Part shown: in pieces, positions 1 to 12,030 of the stretch
How the letters are laid out: the number at the start of each line of letters is the position of its first letter
Numbering within the stretch: the stretch's first letter is position 1
DNA from: Felis catus
Lineage: Eukaryota
DNA: 64,000 nucleotides
Direction of reading: 5' to 3'
NCBI RefSeq assembly: GCF_018350175.1
Contig: NC_058369.1
Coordinates: 6,326,001 to 6,390,000 of the forward strand
Notes under the pieces: generated by a model
Told to the model about the DNA's origin: nothing
Seen by the model: only the letters and a program-made list of their open reading frames with translations
Database searches by the model: none
Made by a program: the position numbers and the translations under genes

Positions 1-1030
1 AAAAATAAATAAAATGTCAAGAGTCGTGCAAAGAGTCACGATGGACAGATGATCAAAATGTTAAATCATGACAGTACTGGACCCTGTGCTTGTATGACTC
101 ACCTCACTCCCGTCCCCTATTTCTGGCCCTGCTCCCTCAGGGTCTGGAGTGCTCCAGCCAACACCTTCCCCTCTCTGACAGGGAGAAGCCCAGGGGGGCA
201 CATTACCAAAGGCTCCGGGGCCAGCCCCCTCGGCAGCCTCAAGCTGCCACCCACCCACCCGCGAGGCAGCGGCGTGCCAGGCCCCGTGAGACGCAGAAGA
301 TACACAGAAGTGGACGACGATGTGCCAGCCTTCGGTGCTCCCCACACAGTCATCCCGAACTAAACCTGCATTGTCACTAATGCCGCAGCAGCTCCACCAG
401 GGGGCATTGTTGTCCCACTTTCCAGATCAGGAGACTGAGGCTCAGGGAGGAACAAAGACTCGCCCTGGATCACACACACGGCCAGACTCAAACTCAGGTC
501 TGTTTGGATCCAAGCCCTCTGCTCTTTCTTATGCTTCTCTCTCCTTGCCCCAGTCCCTTTTCTCTTCTCTCTCTCCTTCCCAATCATTCTATCTGCCATT
601 TTTTCCCCCAGCCAGGGAACTTGCCTTTTCTTCTCCTTGGAAAACCTGTTCTCCTAGCCCACCTACGGTTGGCCTGGCAAACTCCTATTCATCCTTCAAA
701 AGCCAGCTTGGGCGTGTCCTCAGGCTGCCTTCCTGACTCCTCAAGGCTACGTAAGACGTAAGGCGTCCCTCCCCTGGGCTGTCAGGACCTGTGGCACAGA
801 GACTTTCCTTGTCCAGACTTTTGTTAGGAGTGTCCTCAGACGGGGTTTGGTGGCTAGGTGGGTGGATGGGTGGGCTTCTCCCCACTGCTTCCTGCAAAGC
901 CAATGCTGAGCATGGCCCCAGGCATCTATGTGGTCTCAGGCAGCCTGTGAGACACTGTCCCAGCTGGTGGCCTGAAGGGGCCACGAGGGAACACGGCCCC
1001 CTTCATGGACTCCACGCAAGTCCCCCAGGA

Positions 1031-1160
1031 GGGCGCCCGGCTGGCTCAGTTGGTAAAGCATGTGCCGCTTGATCTCAGAGTTGTGAGTTCAAGCCCCAGG
1101 TTGGGCGTAGAGATTACTTTAAAATAAATAAATAAACAAACAAACAAATAAATAGATAAA
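1031..1160 (+). mobile_element. Short-form CanSINE
   Basis: A box tggctcagttgg, B box gttcaagccc, gtagagattac, A-rich tail. Confidence 0.85.
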
Positions 1161-1213
1161 AAGATGGATGGAGATGTTAATAGATGTGCTTAAAAAGAAG
1201 AGGTCCCCAAGGA

Positions 1214-1375
1214 TAGTATTGCCACATAAAATACAAGGCACTCAGTTATATTTCAATCTCAGATAAACCCCAAGTATTTTTTTTTAGGATAAGTATATTC
1301 CAAAGCATCGTAATATTTGACACTCAAATCTAACTGGGTGTCCTCTGATTTGGTTTCCTCAGCCTTACAACCCTA
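1214..1375. mobile_element. MER53-like hAT MITE, internally deleted
   Basis: Inverted ends tagtattgccacataaaataca... and ...tacaacccta; internal ctcagataaac and taactgggtgtcct motifs. Confidence 0.75.
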
Positions 1376-1589
1376 ACTCTGGACCATTTGGTCAGGCAGG
1401 GCCAGTCCTCTACCAGGAGAGGGAGAGCAGGGGGGGGCCTGCTATTGCCTGGTTTGGGGTATTTTCGGGGAAGCTTCCAATTCAAAATTGAAAATACCTG
1501 GAAAGAGGAGCTTTGCAGGGTCTGGCTTTTCCCGCCGACCTCACCTGCCTGGAGCTCTCCACGGTTTTTACCCCTTCCTCCTTCTTTTT

Positions 1590-1858
1590 CTTGTGGTAAG
1601 GTAGACATGACGTAAAATTTGCCATTGTCATCATTTTTAAGCGTGCAGCTCGGTGACACTCAGGTACCGGGTAGCTTCTAATCTGCTGCCTGTCTATGAA
1701 TCTGCCTAGCCTGGGGACCTCAAGTAAGTGGAATCGTACAATATTTGTCCTTTCGTGTCTGGTTTATTTCACTTAGCCTAATGTTTTCAAGTGTATCCGT
1801 ATTCTAGCATGTATCAGAATTTCATTCCTTTTTAAGGCTGAATAACATTCTGTTGTCT
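1590..1858 (-). mobile_element. L1 3'-end fragment
   Basis: gtggaatcgtacaatatttgtcctttcgtgtctgg...tttaaggctgaataa. Confidence 0.8.
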
Positions 1859-2313
1859 GGGGCACCTGGGTGGCTCAGTCAGTTACACATTCAGCTCTTG
1901 GTTTCGGCTCAGGTCGTGATCTCACGGTTCGTGAGTTCGAGCCCCTGTGTCGGGCCCTAGGCCGACAGTGTGGAGCCTGCTTGGGATTCTCTCTCTCTCC
2001 CTCTCTCTCTGTCCCTCCCCTGCTGGCATGCACTCTCTCTCTCTCTCAAAATAAATAAATAAAGGGCGCCTGGGTGGCGCAGTCGGTTAAGCGTCCGACT
2101 TCAGCCAGGTCACGATCTCGCAGTCCGTGAGTTCGAGCCCCGCATCGGGCTCTGGGCTGATGGCTCGGAGCCTGGAGCCTGTTTCCGATTCTGTGTCTCC
2201 CTCTCTCTCTGCCCCTCCCCCGTTCATGCTCTGTCTCTCTCTGTCCCAAAAATAAATAAAAAACGTTGAAAAAAAAAATTAAAAAAAAAAAAAAACTTAA
2301 AAAAAAAAAAAAA
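1859..2313 (+). mobile_element. Two tandem CanSINEs; the second (2064-2313) is a young felid-type copy
   Basis: tRNA-like head, (CT)n and A-tail occur twice. Confidence 0.93.
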
Positions 2314-3999
2314 ACCCTTCCATTGTCTGGAAGGACAGCCCTGTATGGATGTCGGCAAAACCACATGTTGTGTCCCATTCATCCCGCGATGGACACCCTG
2401 TTGTCTCCACCATCTGGCTGTTGTGAGGCACGCTGCTGGGAACGCAGGCGTGCAGATCTGTTGGAGCCCCTGTCCCCGCTTTTAATTCTTTTGGGAGCAG
2501 GAGGTATCCTGGGTTTGACTTCTGGAACACCCTCCATACGGCTCGCACGGCCTCCCTTTTCCTTGAATCTTCCCTTTGGACCCGCTGATCTTTGTCCTCC
2601 CCTCCCCGGCCGTTCCTTCTCTGCCTCCACTTCCTCCCTCTGTCCTTCATACGCCAGGCTCCCTCTTCTTCTCCCACTTCTCCCGTCTCTGGCTGCGGCT
2701 GGCCCCGGGCGCCCCTCCCCTTCCTGCAACCTCCTCGCGGGTCTCCCCTTTCCCCAAATCACTCCAGTCCCATCCGTGGTGGCTGGACAACCTCTACGGA
2801 CTCCCATCTCCCCTGCCACTGCCCGAAAGGTTTCCTCGTGTCTCTGGTTTTTCTCCTTCTGTAAACAGAAGCATGTCAGGACAGTCTCTTGGCCCGGGCC
2901 GGGCCCCCTCCCCCTCCTCTGCATCTGGCCTCCCTCACCGGAGGCAGAAGTGGGATTGTGGCCAGGGCTGGGGGTGGCAGGGGTGATGGGCAGTTGTGGC
3001 ACAGGCTGTCCTAGCTCCCAGCAGCAGGTACCCTGAGGGAGACGGGGGGGGGGGGGGGGGAGGGGGGGTGCCTCATCCTTTGCTTCGAAACCTCTTTCCT
3101 CCAACATTGCCCGGGTGAGAAAAGGTGGGAGCCAGCCCAAACGGGGGCCTTTCCAGGCATCCGACTGAACAGTGTATGCTGGGCCTGACGCCCCAGAGAG
3201 GAGGCGATTAATCCAGGCTCTTGCTCATGGCTTCTGAGGAGCCTGGGCCTCCGGCCACCGGGGTGGGGTGTGGGGGGGGATGAGCTCCCCCAGTCAGACT
3301 CAGAGGCGAGATGTCCCCGGAATGCCCACTCTGCAGAAGGGCTTACAAGGTGCAGATTTGGATCGTACACGGATAAACTTCAACATGTGAATAGTTCCTT
3401 ATCTCGTATCATTAGTAAGCCACAGCCCGCCAGAGCAACTTTAAGCGTGTTGTTTCCCTGGTTCCATTTCATCAGGTAGGAAAGGAGACGGGCATCAAAC
3501 AAAGTAGCAAATAAATGGCAGGGCAGATGGCTCCTGAGTAGAAAAGCCTTAGTCAAAGGGTTGCCTCCCTGGTATGACTTGTATTAACTCAGCGTGACCT
3601 CGGGCAAGTTCCAGCCCCTCTTGTGGCCTCAGTTTTCCCATCTGTAAAATGGGTGTAATGCTGCCTTCTTGTAGGATTACTTGCTGTGTGGGTACGAGGT
3701 GGTGTGGACACATCGCAAACCCTGGATCAGTGGAAGCGATCTTATGTTAGTGGTTGTTTTCCTATTTCGGGACTCAGGGCTCTTCCTCTGGGGGGGAAGA
3801 TGGTTGTGTTAGATGCAGTCACACAGTCCGTCCCTGCCCTCCCGGAGCTAGTTGGATAGGAGGGATGGTTTAACCCAGCCATTAGAATCAAGGGTGATAG
3901 AATGTTCCAGGAAGCAGGCTAAAGAACTGAGGGAAGCCAGCTGGCCCTGTTTGGAGGGACAGGAATTCTGGATCGGGATTTTACTTAGAAAATCCCCTC

Positions 4000-4092
4000 G
4001 GGGTGCCCGGCTGGCTCAGCAGGTGGAGTGTGTGGGCTCCTGATCTCAGGATTGAGAGTTTGAGCCCCACATTGGGGATGGAGATTACTTGA

Positions 4093-4136
<44 letters not shown>

Positions 4137-4370
4137 AAATCTCCTCTACTTTCTTTTTTTTAATTTTTTAACGTTTATTCATTTTTGAGACAGAGAGAGA
4201 CAGAGCATGAATGGGGGAAGGTCAGAGAGAGGGAGACACAGAATCCGAAACGGGCTTCAGGTTCTGAGCTGTCAGCACAGAGCCCGACGCGGGGCTCGAA
4301 CTCACGGACCGTGAGATCGTGACCTGAGCCGAAGTCAGCCGCCCAACCGACTGAGCCACCCAGGCGCCCC
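4000..4370. mobile_element. Short CanSINE (+, (GAAA)n tail) and full CanSINE (-), tail to tail
   Basis: Heads at 4000 (+) and 4370 (-). Confidence 0.9.
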
Positions 4371-4986
4371 TCCCCTCTACTTTCAAGTACAAAACCAATG
4401 TAATCGTTTGTGTAAACAAACCTGTTAAGTCTTCTGCACAACCCTCGGCCAGGCCAGGGGATGACCAGCTCAGCTGGAGTTATGGGCTGGGCATAAGGGA
4501 GCTTTTCCAGAGCCAGGCTCGAGGTCTGCTCTAAACATTTAAAGGCTCCCAGAGACCGGAGCCAGAAGGCCCCTGCCCCGATGCCCTGGTCAAGACCACC
4601 TCAAAGTGTGTGATCAGCACTGTCGGGTCTGAGTTCACCCCAACCCATCCCAGCACCTACTAATTCTGGTCTCCCTGCCTTTTCCTCCAACAAAAGTATT
4701 GAATGCTGTCTCCAGTTGGTATCTCAAGGAGGCTTCTGAGACAGTTGTAGGAGGCTCAAGATGGAGGCGGGCCGTTCAGCTGCAAGCCTGATAAGGTCTG
4801 TGTTTCCCTGACCAGAGGTGTGAACCCTCAGGGCCCAGCAGGCCCCTCCCAGGACCTCCTTGGAGCAAGCTGAGACCTTGGGAAACAGAGTTAAACGGAG
4901 TATTTTTGTACCCGATGTTTACAGATGCTGTTGGGAAGTTATCAATAAAAAGACTCTGTTACTAAAAGGGGGGAAAAAAAAAACCT

Positions 4987-5196
4987 GGGGCGCCTGGGTG
5001 GCTCAGTCGGTGGAGCGTCCGACTTCGGCTCAGGTCATGATCTCACGGTTCGTGGGTTCAGGCCCCACATCAGGCTCTGTGCTGAACACTTGCTCAGAGC
5101 CTGGAGCCTGCTTTGGATTCTGTGTCTCCCCCCTCCTCTGCTCTCGCTCTGTCTCTCAAAAATAAATAAAAGTAAAAAAATAAAAATAAAAAAAAC
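4987..5196 (+). mobile_element. CanSINE
   Basis: ggggcgcctgggtggctcagtcgg...A-tail. Confidence 0.92.
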
Positions 5197-5430
5197 TACT
5201 AAGGACAACCCAATTGGGAAAATTTAGACAATCTTTAGATACCTTCCAGGGCTCATCCCAAACCAAAAAAACCCTATATCCAACCACATAAAATAGTGTC
5301 CACATGACATGTAAATGATCTCTCGAACTGGTCAAGTTTCACATATTGGTCAAGTTTCATGTATTTTAAAAAGGTCTACATCTTACCAATTAGTAGACAG
5401 GAGACTTTCAAGAAGTGTCCTATTAAATGT

Positions 5431-5482
5431 AAAAAAGAAGGAGAAGAAGAAGAAGAAGAAGAAGAAGAAGAAATAGAAGAAG

Positions 5483-5513
<31 letters not shown>

Positions 5514-5548
5514 AAAAAGAAAGAAGGAAAGAGAAAAAAAGAAAGAAA

Positions 5549-5640
<92 letters not shown>

Positions 5641-5648
5641 AAAAGAAA
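5431..5648. repeat. Compound (GAA)n/(GAAA)n polypurine microsatellite
   Basis: About 215 nt of almost pure A/G. Confidence 0.95.
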
Positions 5649-6404
5649 TCAGGGGGTCTTCCCGGAGGAGGTGATAGCGAAGGAACAAATAAGAGTTGGT
5701 GAGGCAGAGGCCACAGGTGAGGGCACTCCAGGCATCAAAAGAACAGGATGTTCAGCAGCCTGCAGGTTTGAGGGATCCCGCTGCCTTCCAACAACTGGTG
5801 TTCCTTCTGTCTGGAGGTGTGGAGGGGGGAGATGGGGCCGGATCAGCAGGCCTGGTAGATCACCTAAGAACTTAATCTCTAAGTTCCAAATATCGGTGGT
5901 AGGGAGTTCAGGCAGGGTGGGGGTGGGGGTGCGACTGTGGTTTGTCTTCGGAAAGATCGGAAAGTGGAAAGATCAAAGATCGTGTGCAAGATGCAGAGTT
6001 GAGATGGGCCAGGAGGGGGGAGTGGGGAGGGGAAGCCTGGTGGAGTGAGTAGGACCCCTGGGGGGGTGAGTGGTCCTGGTGGCCTCCACCGGGGCAGCGG
6101 AGGAGAAAGGAGAAACACGGACAGGGGTGCAGGTGCAGCGTTCACAGGGCTCGGGTGAGAGAGCAGGAGGGAAGGGACAGGGAAGTACCTTCCACTGGCC
6201 TCCAACTCTGGTGACCAAGTAGATGACAATGACAGGGACGCGGGGGAGGGGTCCCCCCATTACCACCTCATCTGCCCCACTGCCTGCAGCTGACAGTTCC
6301 TATGGGAAGAGGTCCAGAGCCCTGAACTGCACTTGGGTCCTGCTCCTGTCTTTGTGCACATTGGATCCTTGCTGACCCTTGGGGCGAGTCTTGTCTTTTT
6401 TTCT

Positions 6405-6418
6405 AGAGAACGAGAGAG

Positions 6419-6455
<37 letters not shown>

Positions 6456-6590
6456 CGCAAGCAGGCTCCGTGCCAGCAGCACTAAGCCCGATGTGGGGCT
6501 CGAACCCAGGAACCGTGAGAACATGACCTGGGCCGAAACCAACACTCAGACACTTGGGACACTTAACTGACTGAGCCACCCAGGCCCCCC
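6405..6590 (-). mobile_element. CanSINE
   Basis: (GA)n and ...gactgagccacccagg. Confidence 0.9.
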
Positions 6591-7280
6591 CACTTGGGCC
6601 GATTCTTACCCTGCTGGGCCCTAGTCTCTCCTCCTACAAAATGAAAGGACGGATACACAGGACGCCTCGTGTGCTTTAACTGTGATGGACCCTCCTTTAG
6701 TGTGGGGGGTGGTGTAAAATGCCGCCCAGGCCCCCCTTCAGCAAAGACGTGCCAACCCAGATGCTGGGAAGGATGTCAGCAGGTGACTGTCGGCTGTCAG
6801 ACCCCTTCCAGGAAGCCACACCTCTTCCTGAGCCGCCCACAGGCCACGCCTGATTGATGTGGGGACACAGCAGATGTGTGGTCTGCCCACCTCAGCCTGA
6901 CTGGGGACCACTCTGCAAGGCTGCTGTGGCCCGGAGCTCCCCGGGGAAGCTTTCTCCTCCTTTTCCCTCCATCTGTCTACCCGCCCACCCTTCCTTCCTT
7001 CTTCCCATCCGTCCGTCCGTCCGCGTACCCATCCCTCTGTCAGTCCCTCCTTCTTCCGTGCACCCATGCGTCTCCACATCCCTCCCTCCCACTCCTTGCC
7101 CCAGGAAGGATTCCAGCCCCCTCGTCGCTGGTCAAACGGGACGGTCGCTACCTTGTCAGGTTTTAATGAGAGTTCTCGGAAATAATGCACGCCGAGCGCC
7201 TGGTACAAAGCACGCCTAAAAGTGTATGTGCCGCCCCTGCTGTCGTCGGCTCCCGCCCGTCTCAGCCACCAGACACCTGC

Positions 7281-7295
7281 CTGCTCATCCTCCAT
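7281..7295 (-). CDS. ARHGEF18: First coding segment (MEDEQ) of the long ARHGEF18 isoform; the gene continues off the left edge
   Basis: accATGG Kozak context; ATG GAG GAT GAG CAG resembles the recalled MGDDQ start of the human long isoform; divergent from INSR as in human synteny. Confidence 0.8.
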
Positions 7296-7405
7296 GGTGG
7301 GAAAGTCTGGGCGCCCAGGCCTCCAGGGACCGCCGCCGCTGCTCCCGGTGGCTGCTGTTGCTGCTTCAGAGTCAAAGGGCTGGACACATGGCTTGGGCTC
7401 AGAAC
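7281..7405 (-). other. ARHGEF18: ARHGEF18 exon 2 (125 nt: 110 nt upstream of the ATG plus 15 coding nt)
   Basis: Acceptor cctcgtccctcgtttctctacag|GTT with the exon starting at 7405; donor CAG|GCAGGT at 7280. The 110+15 layout matches my recollection of the human exon. Confidence 0.8.
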
Positions 7406-8889
7406 CTGTAGAGAAACGAGGGACGAGGTGTCAGGGCCAAGTGCGACGGGCTGAGGGGAGAGGACTCTTGAGTTCTGCAGCTGCTGCTGCTCTCCCGGGG
7501 CCTCGGTTGCCTCATCTATAAGATGGGCTGGTGGAAGGAGATGGTCTCAAAGATCTTGAAGCGAAGACGCGTGCGTGCCGTCACCTCCCCACCCTGCCTC
7601 CTGAGCCTGTGGCAGACGTTTGTGTTCACACAGGAGGCTCTTTCCTGCTGACTGATCATTCAGCCCCTCGGACTCCCACCCTCCTGCCCCCTCCCCCGCC
7701 CCGGGACCGTTTCTAGCAGCTCCTGAGAGTTCCTCAGAGCGGACTCGTGAGATGAAATTGATTTGTCATACCTGCTCTGGCCAAAAGCCCTCATTCGAGA
7801 GAATGGCTCCTTAAGACCGAGCGCAAGCGCCCGGTGCCCACATCGGGAGGGTCTCTGATGGGGGGACCCCAGGCTACCCCTGCCTTTGGGTCGTATTTGA
7901 AGTTTCAGGGTTTTCTGGTTTGCCATGGCAGAGAGGAGAAAACAAGGACTTTAGGGTCAACCAGACTGTGTCCTTGCCTGGACTTGCCTCTAATGGTTGC
8001 ACACCTTTGGGGAAAGGACCTCTTTGAGCCTCAGTTTCCTCACCTGGGAGGTGGGCGTGACAACGCCTGCCTTTCAGAGCTGTGGGGAGGATGCAGGGGC
8101 CCTAGTGTGTGGAGCGTAGGCCTGGGGCACTTGGCCAGTCTTGGCCACCTTCCTTGCCCTCTAGGTCAGGAGGGTGCCCTGCCTTGATGTCGGGTCTTGG
8201 GCTGAGCCCCCTGCTGTGGGAAGGGGGGGTGTACCCACTTTTTCTCTCCCCTTGCCCTTTATAATGCAGCCAGCACAGTCCCCCTACCTATTCGAATCCC
8301 CGCGGAGGCTCCTGATCGCTTGCAGGAGGAATATTGAGACTCTTAGCCCGGCCACTGATGTCCACCAGGATATTCCTTCTGTGCCTGGTCCCCGCCCCTG
8401 CAGGACCTGCTGCTTGAGACCCTCCCCTTCCGTTCCTGCTCTGAGGCTGCCTGCCTGAAGACCTCACCCTGTTCCTTCCAGAAATCTCTGTCCGCCCCCG
8501 ACCTGTGGTGCCTCTCTCATGTGCGTTTCATTTCCTCGCATTGCCTCGACATCGTCCCTGCTCCAACCCCCCTCCCAAGACATCCCTGACTCTGCCAAAA
8601 CCAGGGAGGAGACCAGTGCGTCCTAAGTGACAGCAATGGAATGGCGGTCTCAGGTGGGGCCGAGATGGGGTGGGGAGTGGGAGGTCAGATGCCTTTGGAA
8701 AGTGCCGAGTTAGGTCCGCAGCTTGAGTCCCCTGTGGCTGGGTGACCCCATGGACCGTCCTAGTTAATGCTGAGCCAGGATAATTACGAGCCAACATCTG
8801 CTGCCATTCTCCAAAGGGTCTAGCTAGGGTGATACGTCTGTGGCCACCTTGCCTGCGACCATTGCTGCTGGCACAGGGGAAGGCTGGTG

Positions 8890-9328
8890 ATGTCCCTAAC
8901 CCAAATAGGCGCCAGTGGACGAATAGATACACAAGAGTGGCAGAGGCGCACGGAGCAGTAGGATTCAGCCACTAAAGGGAAGGGAGTTTGGACACTGCTG
9001 CAACGTGAGGATTGACCTTGAAGACCTTACAAGCGAAGAAGCCAGTCGACAAAGACCACATGCTACGCGAGTGCATTTATATACAATGCCTGCAGCAGGT
9101 GAAATCTGTAGAGACAGAAGGCAGATTAGTGGTTGCCTAGGGCTTTGGGGAAAATAGAGGGTTATGGGGTGATGGTTGAAAGATACGGTTTCTGTTGGGG
9201 TGATGAACGTGTTCTAAAGCTGTCGCAATGCCTGCGTAATACTGCGGATGTAGTTAAAGTTATCGAACTGAACACGTTAGATGGGTAAACCGGCTGGTGT
9301 GTGAATCACATCTCAATGAAACTGTTGC
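8890..9328 (+). mobile_element. L1 3'-end fragment
   Basis: gagacagaaggcagattagtggttgcctagggc...ggtgatgaacgtgttcta...atctcaatgaaactgtt. Confidence 0.8.
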
Positions 9329-10024
9329 TCCCGACATTCCCGGGGCCCCTTGTAGAACTTTGGTGGGGCAGGTGCACGTGGGCTGCTGCTCCGTTTCCTT
9401 CAAGGTGAACGAGCCTTTGGTGCTCCGGGCCTGCCACAGTGTGTGAGCACGTCACTGCTTCCACCACGCCTGTGCTCCCGCCGCCCTCCGGGGCTGACGG
9501 AGGGCCTCTGCTCTGCTGTCCTCCTTAAGTCTCGCCTCTCCCGCCTTCCCCACCCTGAAGCCAGGGCCGCATCTATGACTCAGAGAAATGTCGGAATAAA
9601 ACAAGCAGGCTGTGAGGGAGAAAAACCAGATGTGGGGCGGGGGGGGGGGGGAGAGTCCGGGAGGCTGATGCGAGTCTGGGAGGGAAGGTGGAGCTGGCCC
9701 AAGGGTCAGTCCCACCCCCTGCTCATGCCCAGGGGGCCTCAGGAAAGACTGAAGGGTCTGCCTGCTTCACTGGGCAGGGGCCTCATGGAGGCCTGAGGCC
9801 TCGACAGCCTGTAGAGGCCAAAGGCAGAACCTCAGACGTTGGGTTCTGCAATCCACAGGCTGAAAGTGAAAGGCCAGGGATGAGTTTACCTTTTCTATGG
9901 AAGCTTCTGAGCCAAAAATAGGCTGGACTTGACTTTGATGACAGACTCAACTCTGATCCTGGTATAACATGCTGAACCCCAATCTTTGTGTCACAAGCTA
10001 TAAGTCCTGATGCCAAAGGTCATA

Positions 10025-12030
10025 GACTGAACTTTGATCCTGGTGTCATGGACTGAGCCCCCACCCAACATCATAGACTGAGTCCTGATCCTGGTGTCAT
10101 AGACTGAGCCCCATCCTGGTGTCATGGACTGAGCCCCCACCCAACATCATAGACCGAGTCCTGATCCTGGTGTCATAGACTGAGCCCCATCCTGGTGTCA
10201 TGGACTGAGCCCCCACCCAACATCATAGACTGAGACCTGATCCTGGTGTCATAGACTGAGCCCCATCCTGGTGTCATGGACTGAGCTCCCACCCAACATC
10301 ATAGACTGAGTCCTGATCCTGGTGTCAAAGACTGAGCCCCATCCTGGTGTCATGGACTGAGCCCCCACCCAACATCATAGACCGAGTCCTGATCCTGGTG
10401 TCATAGACTGAGCCCCATCCTGGTGTCATGGACTGAGCCCCCACCCAACATCATAGACTGAGACCTGATCCTGGTGTCATAGACTGAGCCCCATCCTGGT
10501 GTCATGGACTGAGCCCCCACCCAACATCATAGACTGAGACCTGATCCTGGTGTCATAGACTGAGCCCCATCCTGGTGTCATGGACTGAGCCCCCACCCAA
10601 CATCATAGACTGAGTCCTGATCCTGGTGTCATAGACTGAGCCCGATCCTGGTGTTATGGACTGAGCCCCCACCCAACATCATAGACTGAGACCTGATCCT
10701 GGTGTCATAGACTGAGCCCGATCCTGGTGTCATGGACTGAGCCCCCACCCAACATCATAGACTGAGTCCTGATCCTGGTGTCATAGACTGAGCCCGATCA
10801 TGGTGTCATGGACTGAGCCCCCACCCAACATCATAGACTGAGACCTGATCCTGATGTCATGGACTGAGCCCCATCCTGGTGTCATGGACTGAGCCCCCAC
10901 CCAACATCATAGACTGAGCCCCATCCTCGTGTCATGGACTGAGCCCCCACCCAACATCATAGACTGAGACCTGATCCTGGTATCATAGACTGAGCCCCAT
11001 CCTTGTGTCATGGACTGAGCCCCCACCCAACATCATAGACTGAGACCTGATCCTGGTATCATAGACTGAGCCCCATCCTCGTGTCATGGACTGAGCCCCC
11101 ACCCAACATCATAGACTGAGCCCGATCCTGGTGTCATGGACTGAGCCCCCACCCAACATCATAGACTGAGTCCTGATCCTGGTGTCATAGACTGAGCCCG
11201 ATCCTGGTGTCATGGACTGAGCCCCCACCCAACATCATAGACTGAGACCTGATCCTGATGTCATGGACTGAGCCCCATCCTGGTGTCATGGACTGAGCCC
11301 CCACCCAACATCATAGACTGAGACCTGATCCTGGTGTCATAGACTGAGCCCCATCCTGGTGTCATGGACTGAGCCCCCACCCAACATCATAGACTGAGCC
11401 CCATCCTGGTGTCATGGACTGAGCCCCCACCCAACATCATAGACTGAGCCCGATCCTGGTGTCATGGACTGAGCCCCCACCCAACATCATAGACTGAGAC
11501 CTGATCCTGGTGTCATAGACTGAGCCCCATCCTGGTGTCATGGACTGAGCTCCCACCCAACATCATAGACTGAGTCTTGATCCTGGTGTCATAGACTGAG
11601 CCCCATCCTGGTGTCATGGACTGAGCCCCATCCTGGTGTCATGGACCGAGCCCCAACCCAACATCATAGACTGAGCCCCATCCTGGTGTCATGGACTGAG
11701 CCCCCACCCAACATCATAGACTGAGCCCGATCCTGGTGTCATGGACTGAGCCCCATCCTGGTGTCATGGACTGAGCCCCAACCCAACATCATAGACTGAG
11801 CCCCATCCTGGTGTCATGGACTGAGCCCCCGCCCAACATCATAGACCGAGTCCTGATCCTGGTGTCATGGACTGAGCCCCCGCCCAACATCATAGACTGA
11901 GCCCCATCCTCATGTCATGGACTGAGCCCCCACCCAACATCATAGACTGAGCCCGATCCTGGTGTCATGGACTGAGCCCCCGCCCAACATCATAGACCGA
12001 GTCCTGATCCTGGTGTCATAGACTGAGCTT
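10025..12030. repeat. About 2-kb minisatellite of 25-26 nt monomers with a 76-nt higher-order unit
   Basis: Monomers A gactgagcccccacccaacatcata, B gactgagtcctgatcctggtgtcata, C gactgagccccatcctggtgtcatg; strict 76-nt period from 10051 to 10886. Confidence 0.97.

Noticed and set aside
2266..3140. Overlapping 250-aa ORFs as a possible ARHGEF18 exon 3
   Set aside because: No resemblance to the expected next exon; built from SINE tail, L1 and pyrimidine-rich relic sequence.
4456..4468. ggggatgaccag resembling the human ARHGEF18 start codons
   Set aside because: Wrong strand, no ATG and no splice sites.
5359..6048. 229-aa Lys/Glu/Arg-rich ORF
   Set aside because: Translation of a GAA/GAAA microsatellite.
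10025..12030. CRISPR-like or coding repeat array
   Set aside because: No unique spacers and no cas genes in a mammalian context; the ORF track shows no long ORF in any frame.
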